From Amphiscolops sp. MND2022 (lineage: Eukaryota), in NCBI GenBank assembly GCA_964187785.1, contig OZ076409.1, forward strand, positions 45,138,001-45,202,000: DNA of 64,000 nt, given 5' to 3'. The number at the start of each line of letters is the position of its first letter. The first letter of the stretch is position 1. The position numbers were made by a program, and so were the translations under genes. The notes beneath the pieces are model-generated. The model searched no databases. It was given only the letters and a program-made list of their open reading frames with translations, and was not told the origin of the DNA. Shown here piece by piece: positions 25,695 through 39,924 of this stretch.

Positions 25695-26164
25695 CATATC
25701 CAATTCTTTTTAGGCCCCCGAACTGAAGAAAATCTGGAAAAACTGACTGGCACAACCCAACTCACTCTGCACAAGGCCTTCTCCCCGGGTCATTTCCAGG
25801 CCACCATGACAGTTGCGGGAGACGATGACTGCTCACTAGACGATAGCAATGAGACAGACAAACAGACGACCACACAGGGATGCACATACATACAGGGAAA
25901 GGCAGGAAAAACATCCAAAAGATACAGTGAAAGAACCCAGCTTTGAATAATAATAATATTACAAATATTTGAAAAAATGGGTTGTAACTGCTCTAAAAAA
26001 ACATTAACTCGGAAACAATTTTCAAACACCAAATCATTCGAAACAGTTTCTATTCAAAATTAATGAAGTAACTTTCTTTGACATCAACGTTTTCTTTCGA
26101 TCAAATTATTTGAATCTTTGGAGCAAATTCAAATCAACTTTTTACTGCAGTGGTTTTTGTGCAG

Positions 26165-26356
26165 CTCTGTTCAAACCCAGATCTCTGCGGACAACACAAA
26201 GGCGGATATGACTAAAGAAAACAGGACAGAAAAGTCTCACTCTATTTCGCAAGCCCACACGTCAGTCCCCACCACCTTGGATCACATGTCGACCATCTCT
26301 TCCGTCAGACTCAGCAACGATGTGCCCGTCAACGTACCTCTATGCAGAATTTGCCA
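26165..26356 (+). CDS. Possible internal coding exon ending in PLCRIC (RING-CH-like start)
   Basis: Acceptor TTTTGTGCAG, open Ser/Thr-rich frame with higher GC than the flanks, candidate donor CA|GTCAGT right after CRIC. A matching downstream exon was not found. Confidence 0.3.
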
Positions 26357-27003
26357 GTCAGTTATATCTCAAATTAGATATGCTGACAACCAGTCCAAAA
26401 ACATTGACTTTGAATTTTTATGTTTCGTTTTCTTCGGAAAATGAAAAATCTTGAATTTCAGCGGGATTCATTTTTTCCAGCAGTTTTGCCTGAAACTAAT
26501 ACACTGCTAGATTTGCTCGAAAGAAAGTACTTTTCATTTGGCCTGGTGGTTATTACGGGTTTCTGCCTCGATTGCGGCTGGGAAGCAACAGTACTTAGTT
26601 CGAATCACGAGCTGGACTAAAAGTTCTTAGGTCTTCAGTGTTTTTCGTTCCAATTTCTGAGTTGGTATACCTAGATCTAAAGCTCTCGAGTTTCAAAGAG
26701 AACACTGCACTTTTCATGGTTGAAAGTTTCCTCAGAATGACCAAAACGAGAGAAAAACTCAATGTTGAAGTTTTTAACGCTTTTTTTACTCTTTTGTATA
26801 ATTTTTGAACAACTTCCTGGTATTAAAAGGTTCAAAGAACTAAACAACGACTAACTCTGGGATCCAGTATGCGTTTTTGAAGATATAACTGCAATTGTTT
26901 GTTGGAATTGGCCTCAGAAACCGTAAAATCCAAAAAAGCACGTTTTTTGACCCATTAATCCCAATTTTTGTTCTAATCTACATCATTTTTCGTTGTTTGA
27001 ACA

Positions 27004-27346
27004 AATTTTCCAAAGTGTCCAACATTGGGTCTAGGTTGTCAAAATTTAGGAAACTTTGGAAATTTTGTCACCTTTGTTGCCAAATTCGAGGAACGTTACT
27101 CAACTTTCACAAATTGCGTTTTGAATGCCTTATTGGTTCAACGTTCAGGTCATTGGATGTTCTAATCTACATCATTTTTCGTTGTTTGAACATCTAATGA
27201 CCTGAACGTTGAACCAATAAGGCATTCAAAACGCAATTTGTGAAAGTTGAGTAACGTTCCTCGAATTTGGCAACAAAGGTGACAAAATTTCCAAAGTTTC
27301 CTAAATTTTGACAACCTAGACCCAATGTTGGACACTTTGGAAAATT
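27004..27346. repeat. Near-perfect long inverted repeat (159-bp arms, 25-bp loop)
   Basis: 27004-27162 is the reverse complement of 27188-27346 with one visible mismatch; the loop region copies 26969-27003. Confidence 0.93.
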
Positions 27347-28789
27347 CACTTCAATCAGAAAGCCCATAGAATCAGGATTGAAACGTGTAGCAACCGGCAG
27401 TGTTTCGAAAACACATTGGACAAGTTTGAAAGCACAACTTTCAAAAAAAATTCCAGAAAACGTGAAAAACTTTTCGACTTGTTCTATCAAAACGTTATTG
27501 TCCAAAACGTTCCAGGCAAAATCACTAGGTATTGATTACGCCTTCCAGGGGAAATTGTTTTTGCTGTTCCCCACGTAGAAAGAAAACCTAAGAAGGACCC
27601 AAAATCAAGGAATTTTTGACGTTTTGTTGCACTTTTCCGTACAATTTTTGAGCTTTTTCGAGAATTAGATTTTTGTAAACATTCAACAATTGAACTCGGT
27701 TTCTTTTTAGGCTTTTTAGAGAATCATCTGTAGTTTCATGTTCGGAACGTTGGTCAAATTGATCTCAAAGTTGTCGAAAGTATCACCATTTTACACTTTT
27801 TGACAATTCTGGTGAAGTTTTGTGCAATATTATTTTAAGCCAGGACTGGTCCAAGTATGCGCGCTGCTCAAAAATGTTAAACTTGCGAAGGATACTAGTT
27901 ACAAATTGTTACCTTTTAATCAGTGGCAAAAAATACTCTAAGAAGTAAGCCTGAGACTCGAAAACCATTTTTTCCTCAGCACGAAGAACAAAAATTATAT
28001 TTTTGAACGTTTTGAAATTTTTTGGAAAAGTCCAATACTGGCGAAAAAAAAATCTTCAGCTTGCAAAGCTGTTTTTTCTTCAGCCAAAATCAGTTATGGA
28101 ACCGAAGGGTACACTTCGACCAGATGAATGTTTCTAGTGGACCGCAGAAGTGAAAAACTGGAGAGGTGTTTTCCACCATCTTCTGGAAAACTCATCAGGT
28201 GCACAGAACTAAAAAGCAACACCCTCAAGACTCGGGAAACCTATTTCCTTTAATGTAGACCTCAAAAAATTAAAATTGCAAAACATGTTTCAAAAATTGT
28301 TTTTGCAAACTCTTCTGTAGATTTTTTAACTCAGTAAGTCGCACAGTCACAGTGCCGAAAAAAAGGAAACGTGGCAAGCTATGCTTGCGAAACGCTGTGA
28401 TTTCTGCTGAAAACCGAGGAAAGGAGTTTATGTTTGCAAAAAAGTGTGAAAAAAGTCGCAAAGTCCCGAAAAAGTTCTTAAGGGGGCCCTTTGGATCTTC
28501 CCTACATTTGCAGTTGGGTCGAGACTCGAATCGACGTAGCTTTGCTTCTAACACTGCATGAAATCTGCGGTAACCACTAAGTCAAGCGACAGTGTTCTGA
28601 AAAGTTGAAGAAGTTTTGGTAGTCCGGTGTTATCGGAAAGTTACTGACAGAAAGCAGTAACTACTGCCGCTCTTTTATGGGGAAAAGCTGAAACTGATAG
28701 TTTGGTATGTTAGGTACTGGTATCCAGATAGGTCAACAACAAAACCATAAGGTACTTATCGTGTTTAGAAATTAGATGTTTGCTTTAAA

Positions 28790-31700
28790 ATAGTCCTAAG
28801 ATGAATCAAAACTTTTTTCGTTGAACTTTGCATTTTCATAGTGCATTGGTTTTTATTGAGCCTCAACTTCTTGTCGTTGTAGAACAGGTCGTGGCGGAAA
28901 GTATCCCGCTGCTCAGCGAGAATCTTGTTTAAATCTGACTTTAAAATTTTCGTTAAAACTTTGGTATAATTTTCGGTGAAGTAAAACACAGAACGCCCGC
29001 TGACTAGCGGAAAATGTTCCGTTCAAGCTGTTCCGAATATTTTCGAGGCTCGGAAGTAGCCATTGCACTATAATAACGCAAAGTAGTTTGTTGACAAAAG
29101 TTTTGACACTTTTTGATTAATGTCATTCAATTTCGGAAAAAAAACACTTGGAACCCTATTAGTTTTTTGTCAGCCAGTATGGATTCCAAAACTAAAACCA
29201 ATCAATTGGTAAATAATTTTGCACAAAGTCACTAAAAACGTAAAAAAAATTGGAAAAGAAACATTATTTTCTCTAACTTTGGTGTCTCTTGAAGCACTTA
29301 TTCAAGAAACAGCAGATTTCTTTTCAAAAACACTTTTTGGACACGGTCCAGTCTTTGCTGATTTACGAAACTGCTCAAAACGTTTACAAATAAACAAATA
29401 AACAACCCAAAAACAAAAAACGTTTAATTAAACTTTTCACTCATTCAAGGTCGTTTTGACAAACTGTTTACATGAAAATTTGTATATTCCATTTTCCAAA
29501 CATTCTGAATGCCTGAATAAAAAGTTGAGAGTTTTCGAAGCTTCAAAGTTTTGGTAACTTCAGTTAAAAAGTCACTTAACTGTCAAACAATTGCCAGTTT
29601 TTTTGCTATTGTTGAAGCTCTTTCTAACGTGAAAGTGACATTGACCGTCAAAAAGCCTAGTGAATAACGCAATTGCACGCCGTTGAACGTTTTTTTTCTT
29701 CGAACAATGGAAACTGCTAAAAAATTTCAAATTTTGCTAAAGAAACCTTGATTTTGAATTTTTCGTTCATTTCCGACTCACGGTCATTTTTGAAAAGTTT
29801 TTCGAGCGAATCACTGCAACTTTTTCAAAATAGTTCAAAACTGCATTGCTATTTTGATCGTTTGTGAGTCTTTTGAACATTTTTAGCCACGTAAAGTTTC
29901 AAAATTTTGATACAAACTGCAGGAAAAACGACAAACTGGAAAGATTTGGGTTTCCGAACTTTTGTTGTGAAATTGAGGCCACATTTTCTAAACACAAATA
30001 AGCGAAAACTTCCCACAAAAGCTGATGCCTTTGTTGTTGAACAATTCTATTATTCTAACCCTCGACACGTTTCGAAAAAGTCACACACTATGCACAGAAA
30101 CGTTTTTCAATTTTTGTTATTTCCGACTAACTGGGGCCGATTCGAATTGTTTCGGATGTAACACTCTTTAATTGTTCCAAAAAAGGACGCTAATGGCTCA
30201 ACTGTGTCGGTTCGAATTGTTTTGATCCTTGTAACTTCCACAAACTCTCAGAAATTGTACTCAAATAACATGAAGAAGCTACAATAACTGGAAAGTATGG
30301 GATTTTTCGACTATTTTGGTGTCGAATTAAAGCACATTTTTTTAAGAAATCTGCATTTATCCCTTCAAAAAGCCTATTGGACAACGAAGTCTGCTGTTGT
30401 TGAATGGTTTCAAATTCTAATCCATGAAAACATTTGAATGTTCACAAAAACTGTTCACAAAAGTTCACAATAAAGATTTCATAGACCAGAACGTTGAAAA
30501 CCGTTCAACAAGAAATGAATTTGTGTCCAATACGGTTGTTCTTGGTGATAAATGCAACGTTGTCAGAAAAAATTGACACAATGACACCAATTAATCAAAA
30601 ATCTTTTTTCTTTCACAAATTTTGACTTTCTGAAGCTTCTGAAGATGAATCAAATCTTTTTTCTTTGAACTTTTTTGCATATTCATAGTGCATTGGCTAT
30701 TCTTGAGCCTCAAATTCTTGTCGTTGCTGACCATTTTTGAGACGCAAGAGTAGCCATTGCATTATAAAAACGCATGGAAGTTTGATCAAAAAAAGTTTGA
30801 CACTTTTTGAAAAATATCATCCCATTTCAGAAAGAAGCACTTCAAGAATACACCAGACACCTATTTGTTTTTTGTCGGTATGCGTGTCTACCTAATCATT
30901 TTTAAATAATTTTCCGCGAAGTTGCCGAAAACATCAAAATTTGAAAAGTTTTGCTTTTTTGACAACTTTGCGGGCATTTGATGAACTTTTCTGAGAAACA
31001 GTAGATTTTTTTTGAAAACGCCTAATGGATAAGGGGTCCAGTCGTTCTTGACTTACAAAAGTGCCCGAAAGGTTTACAACAAAGTATCTCAAATTTTCAA
31101 AAACAAAACTTAGAATTTTAAGTCGTTCTGACTAACTTTTGCATACAAAACTGTAAATTTCTTTTTTCGAACGTTCTGCATGCCTATTTAAAAAATTTAG
31201 ACTTTTAGAATTTTACAAAATTTTGGGAGCTTCAATTAAAAATCTAGTTTGTCAAACAACTAGCAAAATTTTTAAAAACTATTTTGGGGACATTTTGATG
31301 CTTTTTTCTTACGTGAAACTGCGATTGACATTCAGAAAGCCTACTCTAAAATGCTTTTGTTCACTCTTGAACGTTTTCATTCTTTCAACGATGAAAACTT
31401 CTCAAAAATTCAGAACTTTGCAGAAGAAGAATTGAATTTGAATGTTTCTCACTACCAATTTATCAGGATCTCTTTTGAAGTGATTTTGAACCAAATTACT
31501 GCAACTCTCTTCAAAGTACCATACTGCATAGCTAGTATGTAAGTTTTCGAGTGTTTTGAATTTCGTTAGACACAAAAATTTTCAGAAATTGTACCCAAAT
31601 TGCAGGAAAAACGACAAACTTGGAAAATTCGAGTCTTGATTTTTTGAGGTGGAACTGAGGCGCCTTCCCTATAATACCTTGCATTTATTTTCCCAATTAT

Positions 31701-33840
31701 TTTGCCGGAAAAACTTTCCAAATGCTAATTTAATGTTTCAAAGTTCTTATTCACAATATCTTTCATAATTTAGTGGAAAATGGGTTGAAACCGTCAAAAT
31801 TTTGAAAACCTTTGACTTTTTAGTTATTCTGGTGTCATTTTGAGTCTTTTTTCGAACATGAAACTGCTATTGATTTTCGAAAAGTCTACTCATTTCGCGT
31901 TCGTCGTTTGTTGTTGAAGGTTTTATTTCTTGTAATATAGAAAATTCTCGGAATTTTCAACGAAATTCGTTTCTCGGATGTTTTGGATTCTCGATTCATT
32001 TGGATAAGTCTGAGATAAAGTTCTAACTGGGAAACTACAAAAATTTCTGTCAAAATGCGTACTGCAGAGCTCGATAAATCATCAGGAGCTTCAGAACCAT
32101 CTAGTTTACGAAAAGTTTCTCAAATTTTACTACAATTGTCAAAAGAAACTTTCGATCTTCTATAATGCTTTCCATTCATGTTGAGACCTTTCTAAACACA
32201 TATCAGCAAATACCGCCTACAAAAACCAACGAGTTGTCAACTTGTTATGGGACCATTCTCTGATTGTAACCCTCGAAAAATTTCGTTTCACAGACGTTAA
32301 CTAACGTTTAAAATTTTAATTCTTTTACTTTCCGGATCACTAACGTTTTCGTTTTGAAGTATTTCTAGTGTAAATCACTGTAATTTTCACATCAAAAAAA
32401 GACACTACATACCTGGTTCTTTTGCATTCGTTTAGTATGAAGCTTCTAACTTACAAACTTTCTCAAAAATTGTACTCAAATAACATGAAGAATCTACATA
32501 AACTGAAAATTTTTGAACTTTTCGACAATTTTCGTGTCAAATTGAAGAACATTTTTATCAGTAACCGGCATTTATCCCATCAAAGAACATACTGGACAAC
32601 GCATTCGGTTGTTGTTGAACAGTTTCAGAACACTAATCCTTGAAAATCATTGTGGCATTTTTTTAAAAAAAACTGCCTTTATCTTTCCGAGCAACCCTAC
32701 TGGACAACGAACTCAATGGTTGTTGAACGTTTTCAAGGTTCTGATTCATTAAAATTCTTGAAATTTTGACAAAAGTTGCAAAAAAACGTGAAAATTTGGT
32801 ACATTTTGTAGTTTTTGTCATTTTTGGTCTCAATTTCAGCTTTTTTATTTTAAAACGTCTTTATTCCTTACTAAAAGCCTCTCGGACAACAAAAGTTGTC
32901 CTTGTTGGATGTCTTTAACACTCTAAGGCGCCAAGTTATTCGAACAACAGGCAAAAATTGCATGAAAGCTTTCTTTCAAATTCTGAAATTTGGAATTCTG
33001 AAAATCTGAAGCTTTCTCGAAATCTTTTCAAAGAAGCCTCCTGGACTCCGAAATTTTTCCTTGTTGGACTTCTTCAACGTCATAAGCCTCCAAATTTTTC
33101 AAAAATTAGACAAAAGATGCATGAACTATCAAAATCTGACATTTTTGCGAATTTCGTCAATTTCGGTCTGAATCTGAGGCATTTTTTCCAAACAAATTGA
33201 TTTTATTTTTTCGTAGAAGCCTCTCGGACAACGAAATTTTTCATTGTTGAACGTCTTTAACTTTCTAAGCTTGCAAGTGTATCATAAATTTGACAAAAAT
33301 TGCCTAAAAACAATAAAAATTCTAAGTTTCTGGAATTTTATTCAAATTCGGACTCAATTTGAGGCTTTTTTCATTTAGAAATTGTATTAATTTCTTCGAA
33401 AAAGCCTCTTGGATAACTAAATTTCCAACATTCTAAACCACGACATCTATCGAAGACTTGACAAAAATTGTATTCAAACGTTAAAAATCGGAAAACTTTG
33501 CAGTTTTTATTGTTTTTGGGGGCATTTTTGGGTCATTCTGGGGTTTTTGGGGTTTACCAAAAAAGTCCAAAAATCTCTGAAAATACATATCGCATGATAC
33601 TCATTTTACGTCAGTTGAATTCTATGGGTGAAACCCCTTTAGCTTGGATATGAATTTGGTTCTTGACAAATTTTGTAAAAAAAGACCGTTTGATTTCAAT
33701 GTTTTCCTTTTCCATATGAAATTTGGACGGAAAATAACAAAATTTGCATGAAAACGTTAAAAATCTGAACTCTTCGGTATTTTTGTCATTTTCGGTCTGA
33801 ACTATTTCGGTCAATTTCGGTCTGAACTATTTCGAGGGTT
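28790..33840. repeat. Degenerate AT-rich complex repeat with internal kb-scale duplications and short tandem units
   Basis: About 28835-29960 aligns loosely with about 30683-31630 (TTCATAGTGCATTGG...TTGAGCCTCAA...TGCAGGAAAAACGACAAACT). About 30230-30420 aligns with about 32450-32640. The motif GGACAAC...GTTG(A/G)A recurs near 30380, 32590, 32700, 32885, 33225 and 33410. Confidence 0.65.
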
Positions 33841-34877
33841 AAAATGGTGTAAATGTATTTTTGATACTTACACTTTTCTTTTGATACTTTCTTTGTAGTA
33901 TCAAAGAAACTTCTGTTTGTCAACAAAGTACTTATAGCTGATGTCTAGCTCTGAAAGTTGTCATCTGTGTTATATTGAAGTTTCTTTTCTTCAGATCTGA
34001 TGATAACTGAGCAAAGCAAGAAAAACTATTCAAACGCTCTTTTCCATTGAATTTTTTGGCCTCTCAAAACTTCCGAGTTTTCCTCCCATGCAAAAACAAG
34101 CTGATCATAGTCAACCGTCATAAACCAGGATGATCGGCGACTAGTCATACACGTTGGTACTTTCAAGCCGGCCATAGACTAGACTTTATACGGTTCACTC
34201 TTTGGTCCTTCTGGTTCCGTAGACGAACTATTAGCATAACCCGATAAAATTTTCATTTAAAAAATTTGAATTTTGTGCAAGGAATGAACCTTTCTTCGCG
34301 AAACTGAAATCAACTTTGCAATGATCTCTTTACTCTTGGTAGCATCTACTGTTAGTTTATTCATGATTCATTTCAAACGAAGCGCAAATCTTCTTTACAA
34401 ATCGTGACCACAACAACAAAACAGTAATTACTTGAGAACTGAGTGACCTAGCCTTCTAAACATTAGCTTTGAATCTTCAACTCTGGTTTTGAGTTTGAAT
34501 TTTCAACCCTGCTCAGGGATCTATTTAGTTTTTACCGGCAATGTTTTTAGGAGTCGGAAAAAATTTTCGACTACTTATGCAATCGTGTCGTTTTTTTCTC
34601 CCGATCTTTTCATGAAAATTTCAAATTTCTCAAAAACTGTCAATACGATTTTCATAAAATTTTGAACTGTCATTCTACACCCAAAGGGGTCCCTGTGTGC
34701 TCTAGGCATCAAAATCGTATGACTGGAATGTGAGAAACATAGCGAAAATCAGCCCAAAAATGGCCAAAAAACAGTCATTTTCCGACTTTTTTCGATTTTC
34801 TCAAAAACTGTCCATACGATTCGAACGAAATTTTCTCCAGTCATTCTACACCATATTAGAGTCCTGTCCTATATGTG

Positions 34878-35071
34878 TGTTGACGATAAGCTCAAGCAAA
34901 AACAAAGTAGAGGAATCGAAAGTTGTATTGATGAAGTGGTAATTGAAATGTTTGAAGCAAACTAATTTTGATATAGGCTGTCACGCAAAGTGACTAAGGT
35001 TAGCAAGATTCAGACTAAGGTTTAACAGGTATTGTTTACAAATAAGTCTATGATCTTTAATATCCAGCACA
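34878..35071 (-). repeat. 3' LTR of Gypsy element 3
   Basis: Direct repeat of 39924-40117 with TG...CA ends. Confidence 0.97.
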
Positions 35072-35239
35072 TTCCCCCTTTTACGGGTTTTTACAATTCT
35101 TTCCTCAAATTTGAATGTTTAATAAATACAAATGTAAATGTTAATAGCACAACACAATTGTTAAGATTATACAACACGATTAAGACTGTTTTGGTTCAAC
35201 TAAAAATTCTGCGGTTAGCAGGTTTGTAGTCTTTTTCTT

Positions 35240-38200
35240 CTATTCTGCTGTTGTTTTCGTGATCAGATCGATCCCTTATCTCTTTGTTGGGACTCTCTTT
35301 CTGTCCAGTACCCTGGCTGGCCCTGGCTTCTCCACTTCCCATCGAATTGTTGCATTGATGGGGTTTGCGCTGTTCCCCGGGGCTTCTTCGTTTTTCTTTT
35401 CTTTATCAGTTTCGGTTTTTATTTCAAAGCCTCTTGTTGACTCATCACCCCCATCTGTGCTGCTAGTTGCGATGTCGATTATTTCCGGGCGTTCTTCATT
35501 CTCAAGGCCGAAGGCAATTTTTTGAATTCTCTGATTTGTCTTCTTTTTCATGTTTGTTTCCTTTGGCGGTTCTTCATCATTGCTAGTTGTATCCAGTACT
35601 GCGCGGTTTCTTTTCTGGGTGCCAACGATTTTTCTTTGATCTTTTGAAAGCTTTGCAATGTCGCGTTTCGAGTACATCTTCACCTTCTTTGATGCCTCAG
35701 GCAGAATTGAAATCGTGTGTTCTGTTTCTTTTAGGACGCGCCCTTTTATTCGTTAAAAGGCCCCTTCCAGCTTGGATCCGCGGGACCTCTCCCTCACCAA
35801 GACAGTTGAGTCTAGATCATCTTGGAAGTCTGTTGTGCTGAATTCCAGGCTGTTGTCGTGTTCTGAAATGTCTAGAAATTTGCTCACTGCGTTTGATTTC
35901 ACTGTATTCGGTTCTCTACCTGTTATTTTTCAAATGGTGATTTACCGTCTTTTCGCTTACTTATGCGCAGTGCGTATAGTATTTCTGATAAGCCTGATTG
36001 GTCCTTCGTTAGTATTATTTGTTTATTCGCGCGTAAACGTTCGTTAATCGTCCTTATCAGTCGCTCAATTTTTCCATTTCCCTTGTGATCGCGTACTGGA
36101 CAAGTTATATGCTCAATGCAAAATTGGTTACAAAACTTTTTGAACGCTTCGCTCATGAATACTGTACCTGGGTCTGTTCTTATCATTTTGGGTACTCCGT
36201 ATTGCGCTATGTACTGTTTTAAAAATTCTAACACTTTTTTGGTTGTTGGTTTATGTATAAATTTCGCGTCCGGCCATCCTGAGAAGTGATCAATCGAGAC
36301 TAATAAATACTTTTTCCCTTCCTTTGCGTTTTGGAATGGGCCCGCAAAATCTATCGCTATTTCTTCGTTTTGTTCCTCAGCTACCGGGGTTTTTCCATTA
36401 GCCGTTTGACTTAGGACACATTTTAAATTTTTACCTGCTTCGAGACAGTTTTCACATAAGCGGGCTTGATCGATGACCTCCCGATGAATTCGGGGTCACC
36501 AAATATCAGCTACCATGGATAACATTGCATCCCTTCCGGGATGACCGTAATGTAACGAACACATTATCATTTGTCTCATTGACTGAGGTATCACTAATCT
36601 ATTGTCCATGTAGAGGAAATCACGGCTACCGAGGGAAAACGATTGAAATTTTTCCCGTCATGGAGGGGGGAGTCCATTTACAGCAGTTTTGTTGTACTTT
36701 TTTATAATTACAATTACTCTCTGAATAGTTTTGTCCGCCGCATAGTTTGCAGGTAACATCTTTTCGTTTAAAAGCATGATTGCTGAATTTTGACTCATTT
36801 TCGCGACTTAAACACGTTTAACACTTTGGCTGCAGTGAATCTTACTTTGTTCCCTCAAATCCCGTTTGTCCTGCTTTCTGATTGGCTGAGAATTCTTTGC
36901 ATCGATTACGCGGTGAATGCTATTACGCTCGCTTTCATCATTCGCTCTATTCTCGCTGGTCGTCGCGTTGGCTTCTAAAACATCCTTTAAACTAATTACA
37001 CTATTTACAGTGAATCATTCAGTCCAGAGGGTTTCAGCTTTTACCATTGCCCCTTGCATTTCGGAGGGATGTCTGGATAGGTAGTCTGCCATTCCTAATG
37101 TTCTTCCTGCGGCGTGTACTACTTCAAATTGAAATGGTAAAAGTCTATCTACCCTTCTCGTTAGCCTGCTCAAAAATGTCTTATTTACTCGATTGGGTTT
37201 CAAAACTGAGCTAAGGGCTTTGTGATCTGATACTACTTTAAATTGTACACCATATACATAAGTTTCAAAATGTTCGATGGCCCACACAATGGCTAATAAT
37301 TCTAATTCATTTATTGAGTAATTTGGCTTCAAAATCTGTTAAAAATCTTGACGCAAAGCAAATTGGTCGCCATTCACTGTTTTCTTGAATTTGTTGTAAA
37401 ACTGCGCCTAGACCTTGTTTGCTAGCGTCGCAAATTATTCTAATTTCTTTGTCTCGTTTAAAATGTGACAGTTCTTCGGTTTTACTTACTTCTTGGTTAA
37501 TTTTTAAAAATGCTTCTTCATGTTCTTTTTGCCACTTCCACTCTGCGTCCTTTTTCAGTATTGATCTAAATGGAAAGCTAATTGTTGCTAAATTGGGGTT
37601 GAATTTATTAAATTGATTGACTGCGCCCAAGAATGAACTTAAGTGTTTTAAATTTGTAGGCCTCAATCTGCTGCTTCTTCCCTGGGCTTTTGTGTTTATG
37701 GGGGATATGCCAGTTCTTGATAATTTGTACCCCAGCCATTCTATGCTTGTCTTCGCAATTACGCATTTTTCAGCTTTCAACTGCAAATTCGCTTCATCGA
37801 GTATTTTCATGACTTCCCTCACTTTATTTATATGATCGTGCTTTGTTCCCTTGGTTACTATTAAAATGTCGTCTATGAACACAAGTACACTATTTATATT
37901 CGCTAGCGTGAGGTCCATTACTTTTTGGAATTCTGTGGGCGTTATGGTCAAGCCATAATAGCCGGTAGTGAAGCGATATGTTTTCCACCTATGATTTGAA
38001 AGTTACAGTGTCTTTTCGTCAATTCATGAAGAGGTATTTGGCCATATGCGTAGGTCATGTCTACTGATGAGTACCATGCCTCGCCTGTTTTGTTTTCGTC
38101 TAATTTCTCAGCAATTAAATCAAATAAATTGTCTTAATTCGGCATTTGATATTTGTCTTTAGCTATGGACTCATTTAGCGCCCTCGCGTCCAGTGCTATT

Positions 38201-39924
38201 TTCACGGATTTGTCTTTCTTGACAGTTATCACCGTTGGTTGAATAAATACATAGTCGCGAATCTTTTCAACTTTCTCAATATGCCCCTCCTTTAGTAATT
38301 TATTGATTTCAGCGTCTACTTGATTCTCTAATTGAATAGGGACTCGGCGTCCCTTTTGCTGAGAAATTCTTGCATTATCTTTCAATTTAATTTTGATTTC
38401 GTAGTTTTTCACACGGCCTTTTCTGGTAAACAATTTTGGAAAATCCCCCATTAATTGCTTTATCTCGGGGCTTAATTGTCCCTCACTTTCCGCCTCATTT
38501 GTTGAGTTGACGCAATTTACATTTTTCACTTCATTTACGGGATGGACGCAATTTACATTTTTGTCAAATCCTTCACACTCACCTCGTTCTATTGGTTGGT
38601 TAATTCTGTAGCGGAGAGCAACTAGCCAATCGCGGCCTACTATTGATTTTCCTGAGATCGGCGCCACTAAGACTCTCGCCTTGGACACGGTTACTCCTGC
38701 CACTTCTAATGGCACGAATTGATAGGCCAAAATTTCAAGCGGCTTTTTGTTATAGTCCACGTATCGCTCGTTTTCAATCATCTCTCTGATGACTACTTTC
38801 CGCTCGCCCACGATTTTTTGTAAATCTTTCTCTGTGAAAATAGATACCGGAGATCCCGTGTCTATTATGGCTTTGAAATAATTTCCGCACATTAGGCCTT
38901 CCACGTAGAAGGGTTTGCTTCCTTTCCCTTCGATCTTTAATACGAGTTGCTCTTCGTCTACTTCTGATTCGTCTTCAGTATCTTCAATGTAGTTGACTCT
39001 TCGCATTCCCTGTTTGTTTCTGCTCTTCAGCCTTTTCATCATCTTCTTTTGTCGATTGGGATGTTTTTTATTACAGCATTTTTCAGTATGTCCAACTATT
39101 TTACAAAAATTACAGCGATAATTAGCAGCTTGACAGAGTTTTACATGCTCCATCGTAAAGTTTGGTTCCCCGCATCTGAAGCATTCCCGTGGATTTGACT
39201 TTTCCACAGCAAATACAGGTTCGCTTTTTATGCTTGTTTTGGGGGTTTCACTCGAATGAGACTCGTACGCTTTTTGACTTTTCACCCGCTCCTCGAATGC
39301 TTTGGCGAACTCTAGGGCTTGTTCCGGTTCTTTGGGCCCGGTGCAAAGTTTTTCTTGTACTTTTGTATTGTTCATGTGCAGAATGAACATATCTAGCACC
39401 AAAGTTGTCGTTATTTCGCCCAAGTCACAATGTGCTGCCAATCCATTCAAGGCGTGCCAATACTGGTAGAGTGATTCTCGGGGTTGTTGGTATCTTGAGA
39501 AGAAACGATGTCGGTCTAGGGTGCGATTTCTCTTTTTCTGGAAGCTTTCTGTACACAAATATAACATCTCTCCTGCTTTGAGGTCCCATAATGTAGTGTG
39601 TGGAATTTTATCTCGGAATTGCTTTCTCGCTGCGCCCCCCAACGATAAGTGAAGTACACTTACAATTTTCTTGCTTGCAGGGTCTTCGTCCAAGTCCCCA
39701 GTAAGGGCTCGAACCCTGCGACTTTGTTCGGTCACTTGACGTGTGAGCTCTGTGATGGATATTGAATATTTTGCCATTGCGGCAACTTGAAAGAGACTCA
39801 CCCACTTGTCCCATTCCATAGTTGGGTTTTCGTCTGCATCGTGCCAAAACACTGGGAGACCCACTAAATGTGTCAATGACGAAGTCTGTACGGAAGAATT
39901 GTCTGAATTTGCTCGCAGCGCCAT
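35240..39924 (-). pseudogene. Single-ORF gag-pol of Gypsy element 3, with a few stops and frameshifts
   Basis: Open from ATG at 39924 to a premature TAA at 38134: CFRCG...H...C and CNFCKIVGH knuckles, IDTGS, ALDARALN. Then LVFIDDILIV, CDASKQGLG, ELELLAIVW, IDFAGPF, RTDPGT, GNGKIER. Confidence 0.94.
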
